Shown in pieces: positions 8,575 through 17,213 of a stretch of DNA of 49,607 nt; within the stretch, counting starts at the first letter, position 1, and each line of letters begins with the position of its first letter. The stretch is from contig CAYJWN010000004.1 in assembly GCA_964373835.1 (NCBI GenBank), forward strand, positions 1 to 49,607. Direction: 5' to 3'. The notes beneath the pieces are model-generated. The model saw only the letters and a list, made by a program, of their open reading frames with translations. It was not told the origin of the DNA and made no database searches. Origin of the DNA: an uncultured Planctomycetales bacterium. GTDB lineage: Bacteria > Omnitrophota > Gorgyraeia > Aquiviventales > Aquiviventaceae. Made by a program: the position numbers and the translations under genes.

Positions 8575-8711
8575 TCCCCCCACCTGCGCCTCACGGCAGC
8601 CCACTCAGCTTACAACTTCGAGCTGCCGTGCTGGACGCTGCCACCCTGTGTTCATGGAGACGCTCTGCAACGTCCCGGCTTGCCTGCGGCAAGCCGGCGC
8701 AGGTGGGGGGA
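8575..8711. mobile_element. MITE-like element 2 (137 bp)
   Basis: Perfect 16-bp TIRs TCCCCCCACCTGCGCC / GGCGCAGGTGGGGGGA, flanked by TGA; internal hairpins CACGGCAGC/GCTGCCGTG and CCGGCTTGCC/GGCAAGCCGG. Confidence 0.7.
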
Positions 8712-9073
8712 TGACGATGCGGGAGCGGCGCCGGCACCCACGGGCGTCTGAGCGGATCCTCATCGCCGTCACAGGGGACGGCACGATCCTCCAGACGCAC
8801 ACCAAGAACCTCAGCGCCTCGGGAGCGTACTGTACCCTCGACCAGTTCGTCCCACCCATGACGAAGTTGGACCTGCAGTTCGATCTCGCCGACGGCTCAC
8901 GGCGTGTCGCGGTCCGCTGTTCCGGTGTGGTCGTGCGGATTGAGCCGGCGCCCACGGCAGACCAAGCCCGCTACCACGTCGCGATCTTCTTCACCGAGCT
9001 GTCCGACCGCAATCGTTCCGCGATCACGCGCTTTATCCGTCGGCGGCTCTCCCAGGCCCCATCAATCCCCTGA
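8711..9073 (+). CDS. PilZ-domain protein
   Basis: ERRRHPR (RxxxR), NLSASG, GVVVR...AIFF. Confidence 0.88.
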   Translation: MTMRERRRHPRASERILIAVTGDGTILQTHTKNLSASGAYCTLDQFVPPMTKLDLQFDLADGSRRVAVRCSGVVVRIEPAPTADQARYHVAIFFTELSDRNRSAITRFIRRRLSQAPSIP

Positions 9074-9113
9074 CCGCCCCTCCAAACGTGTCATGCCGTT
9101 GTGGTTTCCTGTG

Positions 9114-9983
9114 ATGAAGGATCACCGCTCCGGGGCGATCGCGCTCTTGACCGATTTCGGCACGCGAGACTGGTATGTCGGGGCGCTCAAAGGGGTCATC
9201 GCCTCGAGGGCGCCGGGGGTGCCGCTCATCGATATCACGCACGAGGTGCCGCCTCACGATGTGATGGCCGGGGCCTTCACGCTCGCCGCCGTCGTGCCGT
9301 GGTTTCCCATCGGCACGGTGTTCCTGGCCGTGGTGGATCCGGAGGTGGGGAGCCGCCGGTCGCTCGTGGCGGCGCGTGTGGACGGTCGCTACCTCGTCGG
9401 CCCTGACAATGGCTTGCTGGCGCTGTGCATCGCTGGAGGACGGCACGTCCGCATCATCAGACTCACGAACAGTCGCTATTGGCTCACACCTCTGTCCCGC
9501 ACGTTTCATGGGCGGGACATCATGGCGCCGGTGGCGGCGCATCTGGCCACGGGCGGCACCCTCGCTTCCCTGGGGGTGCCGATGCGGCGGATCATCCCGC
9601 TTGCGCTGCCTTCTGTCGAACGGCGGGGCCGGACCATGCGCGGGCGCATCGTCCACATCGATGCGTTTGGCAACCTCGTCACGAACCTGCGACCCCTCGA
9701 CTTTGGCTACGGCCTTGACCGGGAAACTTTCGCTCGGAGTCGTCCCGAGCGAGCGAAGCGAGTCGAGGGACGCCTGCCCGCTCACGCCGGCCGCGGCCGC
9801 GCCCCACGGTGCCGGTACAAACGACGGGATATCCGTGTGGTATCATCGTATGCGGAGGGGAGCGCAGGAGAGCTGATCGCCATCACCGGATCGCTGGGGA
9901 TGGTGGAGTTGGCGGTTCGAGCGCGCTCGGCACAGCGGTTGGTCCACGCCAAGCGGGGCGACCCCGTTGAGCTGATCGGCTAG
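9114..9983 (+). CDS. SAM hydroxide adenosyltransferase (DUF62, SAM-dependent halogenase superfamily)
   Basis: LLTDFG, DITH, VVDPEVGS.R, GPDNG, SRTFHGRDIMAP, IDAFGNLVTN; carries a ~29-aa insertion. Confidence 0.9.
   Translation: MKDHRSGAIALLTDFGTRDWYVGALKGVIASRAPGVPLIDITHEVPPHDVMAGAFTLAAVVPWFPIGTVFLAVVDPEVGSRRSLVAARVDGRYLVGPDNGLLALCIAGGRHVRIIRLTNSRYWLTPLSRTFHGRDIMAPVAAHLATGGTLASLGVPMRRIIPLALPSVERRGRTMRGRIVHIDAFGNLVTNLRPLDFGYGLDRETFARSRPERAKRVEGRLPAHAGRGRAPRCRYKRRDIRVVSSYAEGSAGELIAITGSLGMVELAVRARSAQRLVHAKRGDPVELIG
9691..9777. repeat. Palindromic element inserted in frame in the DUF62 gene
   Basis: Outer IR CCCTCGACT/AGTCGAGGG, inner IR TCGCTCGG/CCGAGCGA; CCTGC direct repeats 87 nt apart. Confidence 0.65.
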
Positions 9984-9988
9984 AGACG

Positions 9989-10702
9989 ATGGCAGCCCCC
10001 CTGCTGATTGCCCATCGAGGGGCCTCCGCGGTGGCGCCCGAGAGTACACAGGCGGCGATTCGTGCGGCGGTCCGTGCGGGGGCCGACATGGTTGAATTGG
10101 ATGTGCAGATGAGCCGTGACGGCCGGCTCGTCGTGTTTCACGATGACCGGCTTGAACGGACGACCGATGGGGACGGTCGCCTTGAGGAGACGTCTTATGC
10201 GCGCCTTTCGCGGCTCGATGCAGGGGTGTGGTTTGACCCTCTGTTTTCAGGAGAACGCATCCTGTTGGTGTCCGAGGCGCTACACCTCATTCCTGCGCGC
10301 ATGCTGGTCAACCTGGAATTAAAATCCACCCCGCGCCATCGGCTCGTGCTGGAGCGGCTCGTGCGACTCGTGCATCGCATGCGCATCGGCCGACGGCTCC
10401 TTGTCTCGTCGTTTGACGCCGGTCTGCTTGCGCTGCTCAGGCGCACGCGTCTTCAGCGGGCGCTGATTTGCCGTCGGCATCCCGACCGTTCCTTACGGAC
10501 CGCGATCAGGCTGGGCTGCGCGGCCTGGCATCCCCATGTGCGCGTGGCCACGTCTCAATGGATCCGGAGGGCTCATGCGGCGGGGTTGCGCGTGCACGCC
10601 TGGACCGTGGATGACCCCTCGCGCGCGCGCCGCCTGGTGCGCTGGGGCGTGGACGGCCTCTTCACCAACCACCCGGCCAGGCTTCGGGAGTCGCTCTCAT
10701 GA
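9989..10702 (+). CDS. Glycerophosphodiester phosphodiesterase
   Basis: IAHRGAS..APE.T, ELDVQMSRDG..VVFHD..L.RTT, NLELK, WTVD, DGLFTN.P. Confidence 0.94.
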   Translation: MAAPLLIAHRGASAVAPESTQAAIRAAVRAGADMVELDVQMSRDGRLVVFHDDRLERTTDGDGRLEETSYARLSRLDAGVWFDPLFSGERILLVSEALHLIPARMLVNLELKSTPRHRLVLERLVRLVHRMRIGRRLLVSSFDAGLLALLRRTRLQRALICRRHPDRSLRTAIRLGCAAWHPHVRVATSQWIRRAHAAGLRVHAWTVDDPSRARRLVRWGVDGLFTNHPARLRESLS

Positions 10703-12897
10703 CCACCTTTGAGCCTCCGCGGCCGCAAGATAAGGTCCTCATGCTCAAACGCGTGCCCGTCTTCGCCTCGTGCACGGACGAGCAGCTGCACCTCATCGCC
10801 GACCGCACCCGTCTGGTGGAATACAAAAAGGGAGAGACCATCTACAAAGAAGGCGATGCCGCAGAAGCCTTTTATATTGTCAGCTCCGGGCGGCTGCGCA
10901 TGTTCAGTCGGGACGGGGAGCAGGACCGGACCATTGCGATTCTCCATAACGGCGATGCCTTCGGCGAGGTGTCCTTGCTGACCGGCGAAACCCACTCCGC
11001 CACGGCCCAAGCGATTAACGATACGCTGGTCTTGGAGTTGGAAAAAAAGGATTTCGATGAGGTCATCAACCGCATCCCGTCACTCGTGTTGTACCTCAGC
11101 CGGCTGCTCTCGCGGCGCTTGCGCACCAAAGAGCACGGGGCGGGCGCTGCGGAAGCGACGATCCTGGCTATTTACAGCGCGGCCAAGGGGGTCGGGCGGA
11201 CCTGTTTTGCCCTGGCGCTGGCGTTGAGCCTGAAGCGGGAGACGGGCCAGCCGGTTGTCATTGTGGATTTCACCACCGCCGAAGAGGACCGCCGCCGTCT
11301 CTACGGGACGTCAGGCACGCCTGCGAAGCCATCCGCGGACGCCGCCGAAGACCCGTTCGATATCGCCGTCAGCGAGCACCCGTTGGGTTTTAGCGTGCTC
11401 TTTGTGGGAGAACTGCTGAGCGCATCAAAGGGCGAGCAGGCCATCGCGCCGATTTTGAATCTGCTGACGAGGCGGTTTCACTACATCCTGGTCGATCTGC
11501 CCATTGACGTGAATCCACCGGTGCTCAAAGCGCTGATCCAGTCTGATCTCATCTATCTCGTCACCGATGTCACACGGGAGCACATCATCCGGACGCGCGC
11601 GCTCATTCACCAGCTCCAATCGTCCATGGGCGGGGTGGAGCAACGCATGAAGATCGTCCTGAACCAACTGGATGCGGCGTCAAAAAATCCGGAGGACCTC
11701 ACGGAAGTGACCCAGCAGCTCGGCCAGCCGGTCGCCTTTACACTCCCCTTTGCGGCCTCGCTCTCCGGAGACCTGAGCACGGAAGCATTGGCGCATCTGT
11801 TGGAGAGTCGGACGTCCCCCTATGCGATGACGGTTCGTCACATCGCGCGGGAGCTGGGCGGATTGCTGGTGGGGCTGGCGCTCGGCTCCGGCGCGGCATT
11901 GGGATTGGCGCACATCGGGGTCCTCAAGGTGCTTGAACGGGAGAAGATCCCCATCGACGTGGTGGCCGGTTCGAGTATCGGCGCCCTGGTGGCCGGCCTG
12001 TGGGCCTCCGGCCGCTCCGCGGAAGAATTGGAGCAGATGGCGCTGCGGTTCAAGAACCCCTGGGACATCCGCGCCCTGTTTGTGTTTGACCTGGCCATCC
12101 CGTGGTTCAGCGTCGTCATCGGCCTGACCGCCGGCGTTGCTGTTGGGTGGCTGGCGGGTTTCTGGGCCGGGCTGCTGTTCGGGTTCATGGTGTGTTTGCT
12201 CGTGGGCGTCATCCTGGGTCCGCTCGCCGGCGGGCCCATCCAGGGGGCGCGCCTGATGCAGCGGCTCCAGGAGGACTTCGCCGGCAAAACCTTTGCGGAG
12301 ACCTGGTTACCGCTCAAGATCGTGGCGGCCAATCCTCTGGCGCGGGAGGAGATCGTCTTCGAATCAGGGCCGCTCGTGGAGGCGGTGCGCGCCTCCGTCT
12401 CGATCCCGGGAATTTTCAAGCCGGTCCGGTACAAGGGCAAGATGTGCCTGGATGGCGGCGTGGTGAACCCGGTGCCGGTCAATGTGCTCAAACGGGCCGG
12501 GGTCAATCACGTGATCGCCGTCAACGTGTTCCCCACGACCCCCGAGTTTACCGCCCACCTCCAGGAGCTCCAGCACCGGCGCGCGGAGCGCGACGCCCAT
12601 CTCGCGTCTCGCAGCCTGCCCGTCCGGCTGCTGTACCGCATCCGCCAAGAGCTGATCCGTTCCATGTCACCGCTCGTGTTTGATGTCATCATGCGCTCCA
12701 TGCAGTCGATGGAGTACCAGATCGCCGAGGTGGCCTGCCGGGAGGCGGACATCACCCTACGACCCACCGTCCCCGGCGCCCACTGGCTCGAATTCTTCAG
12801 CCCGGAGAAGTTTATCCGCCGCGGCGAAGAGGTCACCCTAGAGCACCTTCCGGAACTCAAGCGCATCGCGCGAGTGGGCGGCGTTGACAACCCCTAA
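10699..12897 (+). CDS. Fusion of cyclic-nucleotide-binding, MinD/ParA-like and patatin-like phospholipase domains
   Basis: cNMP domain (FGEVSLLTGETHSATA); AIYSAAKGVGRT...VVIVD...YILVDLP (degenerate MinD-like); patatin GSGAALG, GSSIG, DGG; hydrophobic hairpin inside the patatin domain. Confidence 0.85.
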   Translation: MTTFEPPRPQDKVLMLKRVPVFASCTDEQLHLIADRTRLVEYKKGETIYKEGDAAEAFYIVSSGRLRMFSRDGEQDRTIAILHNGDAFGEVSLLTGETHSATAQAINDTLVLELEKKDFDEVINRIPSLVLYLSRLLSRRLRTKEHGAGAAEATILAIYSAAKGVGRTCFALALALSLKRETGQPVVIVDFTTAEEDRRRLYGTSGTPAKPSADAAEDPFDIAVSEHPLGFSVLFVGELLSASKGEQAIAPILNLLTRRFHYILVDLPIDVNPPVLKALIQSDLIYLVTDVTREHIIRTRALIHQLQSSMGGVEQRMKIVLNQLDAASKNPEDLTEVTQQLGQPVAFTLPFAASLSGDLSTEALAHLLESRTSPYAMTVRHIARELGGLLVGLALGSGAALGLAHIGVLKVLEREKIPIDVVAGSSIGALVAGLWASGRSAEELEQMALRFKNPWDIRALFVFDLAIPWFSVVIGLTAGVAVGWLAGFWAGLLFGFMVCLLVGVILGPLAGGPIQGARLMQRLQEDFAGKTFAETWLPLKIVAANPLAREEIVFESGPLVEAVRASVSIPGIFKPVRYKGKMCLDGGVVNPVPVNVLKRAGVNHVIAVNVFPTTPEFTAHLQELQHRRAERDAHLASRSLPVRLLYRIRQELIRSMSPLVFDVIMRSMQSMEYQIAEVACREADITLRPTVPGAHWLEFFSPEKFIRRGEEVTLEHLPELKRIARVGGVDNP

Positions 12898-12912
12898 GCC
12901 GCCCAGTACGAT
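12884..12912 (+). promoter_or_regulatory. Sigma70-type promoter of the beta-oxidation operon
   Basis: TTGACA (12884-12889), 17 bp, TACGAT (12907-12912). Confidence 0.7.
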
Positions 12913-12946
12913 GGGAGCCGGCTCCTAACATGCAGAGGACGATCCG

Positions 12947-14146
12947 ATGACGCGCGAGGCGGTCATTGTCGACGGGGTGCGGACCCCGCAGGGGGTCTTC
13001 GGGGGGGCGCTCAAGCAGCTCACAGCCCAACAGTTGGGTGAGGTGGCCATGCGCGAGCTCTTGAAGCGGACCAACCTCACACCGGCAGATGTGGAGGAGG
13101 TGATTGTGGGGTGCGTCGGCCAGGGGTCGGATGCGCCCAATATCGCCAGGGTCATCGCCTTGCGGGCCGGCGTGCCCATTCAGGTGCCGGCCTACACGGT
13201 GCAGCGCAACTGCGCCTCAGGCCTTCAGTCGATCGTCAACGCGGCGCAGAACATCATCTGCGGCGATCGCGATGTGCAGATCGCCGGCGGCACCGAGAGC
13301 ATGAGCGCGGCTCCCTATGTCAGCCGCGATCTGCGCTGGGGCAAGCGGCTGCGCCACTCCGAGATGATCGACTCGGTCTGGGAAGGGTTGACCGATCCCG
13401 TGTGCGGCCAGATCATGGGCCAGACGGCTGAACATCTCGTCAAAGAGTTCGGCATCAGCCGGGCGGACCAGGACCGTTTTGCGCTGTTGTCCCATCAACG
13501 GGCGTTTCGCGCCACCCGGGAGAATCGGTTCAAGGAGGAGATTGTGACCGTGATGGTGCCCAAACGCGCGATGGGCAAGGAGCTGCCGCCCGAACCCTTC
13601 ACTCAAGACGAGGGGGTTAATCCCGGGCTCAATGAACAGTTGCTCAGCCAGTACCCGGCCGTGTTCAGCGAGGGTGGCTCGGTTACCTCGGGGAACAGCT
13701 GCTTCAACGCCGACGGGGCGGCGATGGTGCTCGTCATGTCGGCTGAGAAGGCCAAGGCGCTGGGCTATAAGCCGCTGGCGAAGGTGCGCGCGTATGCGTT
13801 TGCCGGTCTTGAGCCGGAGCGGATGGGATTGGGGCCCACGCTCTCCGTCCCCTTGGCGCTCAAGAAGGCAGGGCTTTCGCTGAAGGAGATCCAGCTCATT
13901 GAGCTGAACGAAGCGTTTGCCGCCACGTTTCTTGCCTGCGAAAAGGTGTTAGGCTACAGCCGCGAGATCACCAACGTCAACGGCGGCGCCATCGCGCTGG
14001 GACACCCGGTGGGGGCCACCGGCACGCGGCTCACCGTCACCCTCCTGCATGAGATGAAACGGCGCAACACGGCGCTGGGCCTGGCGACCGCCTGCATCGG
14101 GGGAGGGCAGGGGGCGACGATTATATTCGAACGGACTGCGGACTAA
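12947..14146 (+). CDS. Acetyl-CoA C-acyltransferase (thiolase)
   Basis: RNCASG, GGTESMS, NEAFA, GGAIALGHPVGATG, CIGGGQG. Confidence 0.96.
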   Translation: MTREAVIVDGVRTPQGVFGGALKQLTAQQLGEVAMRELLKRTNLTPADVEEVIVGCVGQGSDAPNIARVIALRAGVPIQVPAYTVQRNCASGLQSIVNAAQNIICGDRDVQIAGGTESMSAAPYVSRDLRWGKRLRHSEMIDSVWEGLTDPVCGQIMGQTAEHLVKEFGISRADQDRFALLSHQRAFRATRENRFKEEIVTVMVPKRAMGKELPPEPFTQDEGVNPGLNEQLLSQYPAVFSEGGSVTSGNSCFNADGAAMVLVMSAEKAKALGYKPLAKVRAYAFAGLEPERMGLGPTLSVPLALKKAGLSLKEIQLIELNEAFAATFLACEKVLGYSREITNVNGGAIALGHPVGATGTRLTVTLLHEMKRRNTALGLATACIGGGQGATIIFERTAD

Positions 14147-14158
14147 CGAAATCACTGT

Positions 14159-15382
14159 ATGTATATTTACAAGACCGCGGTGATCGGGGCCGGGGCGATG
14201 GGGGCGGAGATCGCCCAGGTCATCAGTTTCAGCGGCGTGCCGGTGGTGCTGAAAGATGTGGATCAGGCCCGCGTCGAGAAGGGGCTGGAGACGATCCGGA
14301 AGATCTACCAGCGACGCGTCGACCGCGGCAAGATGACGCAGGATGAGCTGGAGAAAAAACTCACGCTGGTCACGGGCGCCACGAGCGATGACGCGTTGAC
14401 GGAGGCGGATCTCGTGATCGAGGCGGTTCCCGAGCAGATGCCCTTGAAGCAGCAGGTCTTCCGCGAGCTGGATCGGCTGCTGCCCGCGTCGTCGATCATG
14501 GCCTCCAACACCTCGTCGCTGTCTATCTCGGCGCTCGGCGGGGTCACCCAGCGTCCCCATAAAGTCATCGGCATGCATTTCTTCTACCCCGCGCACATCA
14601 TGAAGCTGGTGGAGGTGATTCCTGGCCTTGAGACCTCTGACGAAACGGTGGGCGATATCCTCTCATTCGCCGAGAGCCTGCGGAAGCTGCCGGTCCGGGT
14701 CAACGAATGCCCAGGGTTTCTCGTCAACCGGATCCTCATGCCCTACCTGAATGAAGCGGCGTATTGCGTGCAGGAAGGCTCGGCGGAGGCTCGGCAGATC
14801 GACGACGCGATGGTCGCGTTCGGCTTCCCGATGGGGCCCTTTACGCTGGTGGATCACCTCGGGTTTGACGTGTGCCGTGAAGTCGTGAACGTGCTGGTGG
14901 AGGCCTATGGCCCCCGCATGGCCCCGGCCGCGATATGGGAAAAGCTCTATGGCCTGAAGCGGTTCGGCGCAAAATCAGGCGCCGGCTTCTACCTCTACGG
15001 CGATCGGGCCGGTGAGTCCGATGCTGAGCTGGACGCCGTCATCAAGGAGTTGCGGGCCGCGCAGCAGCATCCCACTGAATTTTCCGTTCATCGTCTCGTC
15101 CTTCCCATGATCAACGAGGCGGTTCGCTGCCTGGAAGAGCGCGTCTGCACGGCGGCAGACGTGGACCTCTCAGTCATTGCCGGGCTGGGAGTTCCCCAGA
15201 CAAAAGGCGGGATCCTGCATTACGCCGATGAGGTGGGGCTGGATAAGGTCTTGGGGGAGCTGCAAACCTTCGCGAAGCGGCACGGCGAGCGCTTCTGGCC
15301 TTCCCCTCTGCTGAAGCGGATGGTGGGCGCCGGCCATCTCGGCAAGCCGTCCAAGCAAGGCTTCTTCACCTACGCGGAATAG
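14159..15382 (+). CDS. 3-hydroxyacyl-CoA dehydrogenase (duplicated C-terminal domain)
   Basis: GAGAMG, IEAVPE, ASNTSSL, GMHFF.P, PGFLVNRIL; two 'NEA' C-terminal domains. Confidence 0.93.
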   Translation: MYIYKTAVIGAGAMGAEIAQVISFSGVPVVLKDVDQARVEKGLETIRKIYQRRVDRGKMTQDELEKKLTLVTGATSDDALTEADLVIEAVPEQMPLKQQVFRELDRLLPASSIMASNTSSLSISALGGVTQRPHKVIGMHFFYPAHIMKLVEVIPGLETSDETVGDILSFAESLRKLPVRVNECPGFLVNRILMPYLNEAAYCVQEGSAEARQIDDAMVAFGFPMGPFTLVDHLGFDVCREVVNVLVEAYGPRMAPAAIWEKLYGLKRFGAKSGAGFYLYGDRAGESDAELDAVIKELRAAQQHPTEFSVHRLVLPMINEAVRCLEERVCTAADVDLSVIAGLGVPQTKGGILHYADEVGLDKVLGELQTFAKRHGERFWPSPLLKRMVGAGHLGKPSKQGFFTYAE

Positions 15383-15394
15383 ACAGGAGATCAC

Positions 15395-16186
15395 ATGGCG
15401 CTCACCTCGGGCCAGAATGTGAAAGTGGCGGTGGACGATCGAATCGCGATTGTGACCATTGACCATCGACCGGTCAACGCCCTGGACCGGCAGACCCTGC
15501 GGGAATTGGGGCAGCTCGTGGACGCCATCAGCGCGGAGCCATCGGTCAAAGTCGTGATCCTCACGGGGGGCGGTTCGCTCGCATTCGTCGCAGGGGCGGA
15601 TATCAAGGAAGTGTCCCAGCTGGCGTCCGTGGACGCGGCGAAGGAGATGGCGGCGTTGGGGCAGTCGGTGTTCCTCAAGCTCCAGCGGCTCGGCAAGCCG
15701 GTGATCGCGGCCATCAACGGGGTGTGTCTTGGCGGCGGGCTTGAGCTCGCCATGTCGTGCCACCTGCGGATCAGCGGGGACCGGGCGCGTTTTGGCCAGC
15801 CGGAAATCACCCTGGGTATCATCCCGGGATGGGGCGGCACCCAGCGCCTGCCGCGGCTGATTGGCACGGCGAAAGCCGCCGAGTGGATTTTGACCGGCGA
15901 TGTGTTCATGGCTCAGGAGGCGCTGCGACTGGGACTCGTGAACCAGGTGGTGCCGCAAGATCAAGTCCTGAAAGTCGCCAAGGATCTTGCCAGGAAAATC
16001 GCGTCAAAGGGCGTGGTGGCGATGAGCCAAGCGCTTCGAGCCATTGAGGACGGCTGCGACCTGTCACTCGAAGCGGGGCTCGCGAAAGAAGCCGAGGCGT
16101 TCAGCCGCGTCGCCGAGACCGAGGACAGTCAAGAAGGGGTCCGAGCCTTTTTAGAAAAACGGCAGCCCCAATTTAAAGACAGGTGA
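15395..16186 (+). CDS. Enoyl-CoA hydratase
   Basis: FVAGADIKE, AAINGVCLGGGLELA, GQPEITLGIIPGWGGTQRL. Confidence 0.95.
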   Translation: MALTSGQNVKVAVDDRIAIVTIDHRPVNALDRQTLRELGQLVDAISAEPSVKVVILTGGGSLAFVAGADIKEVSQLASVDAAKEMAALGQSVFLKLQRLGKPVIAAINGVCLGGGLELAMSCHLRISGDRARFGQPEITLGIIPGWGGTQRLPRLIGTAKAAEWILTGDVFMAQEALRLGLVNQVVPQDQVLKVAKDLARKIASKGVVAMSQALRAIEDGCDLSLEAGLAKEAEAFSRVAETEDSQEGVRAFLEKRQPQFKDR

Positions 16187-16190
16187 CCCC

Positions 16191-17213
16191 TTGAGAGCAG
16201 TGTTTTTTGAGACGGCACCGTGGGAGCGCCGATACCTCAAGCGGGCGCTGGCCCAACAGCACGTGCGTGTCACCTTTATTGCTGACCCCCTCACCGATGA
16301 GACCGTCCGGGTGTCGGCCGGAGCGGACCTCCTGTCCGTGTTCATCTATTCCACCCTCACCGCGGCGGTGCTCCGCCGGCTGCCGCGCCTGCGTCTCGTC
16401 GCGACCCGGTCGACCGGCTTTGACCATGTGGATCTCGCCGCCTGCCGCAGGCGGCGGATCGTCGTCTCCAACGTCCCCTCCTATGGGGAGAACACGGTGG
16501 CGGAGCATACCTTTGCCCTTATCCTCGCGCTGTCGCGGAACATCCACAAGGCATACGTGAAGACCATCAAGGGCGATTTTTCGCTCACCGGGCTGCAGGG
16601 ATTTGACCTCAAGGGCAAGACGCTCGGCGTCATCGGGGCGGGGCATATCGGCCTGCATGTCATCAAGATGGCCAAGGGGTTCGGGATGGACGTGCTCGTG
16701 TGCGACGTCTACAAGAACGTGTTTTTGAGCGAAGTGCTGGACTTTCGATACGTGCTGCTCGAGACCCTCTTGCGGTCCTCGGATATCGTGACCCTGCACG
16801 TCCCGTACATGCGCTCGACCCATCACCTGATGGACCGAGAGACGTTCGGGATGCTGAAGCGCGGCGCCCTGTTCATCAACACGGCCCGGGGCGGACTCGT
16901 GGACACCCAGGCGCTGGTGCGGGCGTTGGATGAGGGAATCGTCGGCGGGGCGGGACTGGATGTGCTGGAGGGGGAGGATCTCGTGAAGGAAGAACGGCAG
17001 CTACTCTCCAAGGACTTTTCGAAGGAGAAGCTGGCCACGGCGCTGAGAAATCACATTCTGCTTCATCGGGAAAACGTCGTCATCACGCCACACATCGCCT
17101 TCGACAGCCGGGAGGCGCTCCAACGGATCCTTGAGACTACGGTGACTAACATCGCCAGTTTCATCAACGGCGCCCCCCTCAACGTCGTGGCAGGCCCACC
17201 GCAACGCGCATGA
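16191..17213 (+). CDS. D-isomer 2-hydroxyacid (D-lactate-like) dehydrogenase
   Basis: RSTGFDHVD, VAEH, GAGHIG, INTARG, GLDVLEGE, TPHIAF. Confidence 0.92.
   Translation: MRAVFFETAPWERRYLKRALAQQHVRVTFIADPLTDETVRVSAGADLLSVFIYSTLTAAVLRRLPRLRLVATRSTGFDHVDLAACRRRRIVVSNVPSYGENTVAEHTFALILALSRNIHKAYVKTIKGDFSLTGLQGFDLKGKTLGVIGAGHIGLHVIKMAKGFGMDVLVCDVYKNVFLSEVLDFRYVLLETLLRSSDIVTLHVPYMRSTHHLMDRETFGMLKRGALFINTARGGLVDTQALVRALDEGIVGGAGLDVLEGEDLVKEERQLLSKDFSKEKLATALRNHILLHRENVVITPHIAFDSREALQRILETTVTNIASFINGAPLNVVAGPPQRA

Noticed and set aside
9114..9983. Fluorinase/chlorinase call
   Set aside because: The VVDP..G..R and FHGRD motifs give the Asp-Arg-His triad typical of DUF62 SAM hydroxide adenosyltransferases, and there is no biosynthetic context.
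10699..12897. CBASS/Pycsar defence effector
   Set aside because: No cyclase (CD-NTase or PycC) nearby; the context is lipid catabolism.
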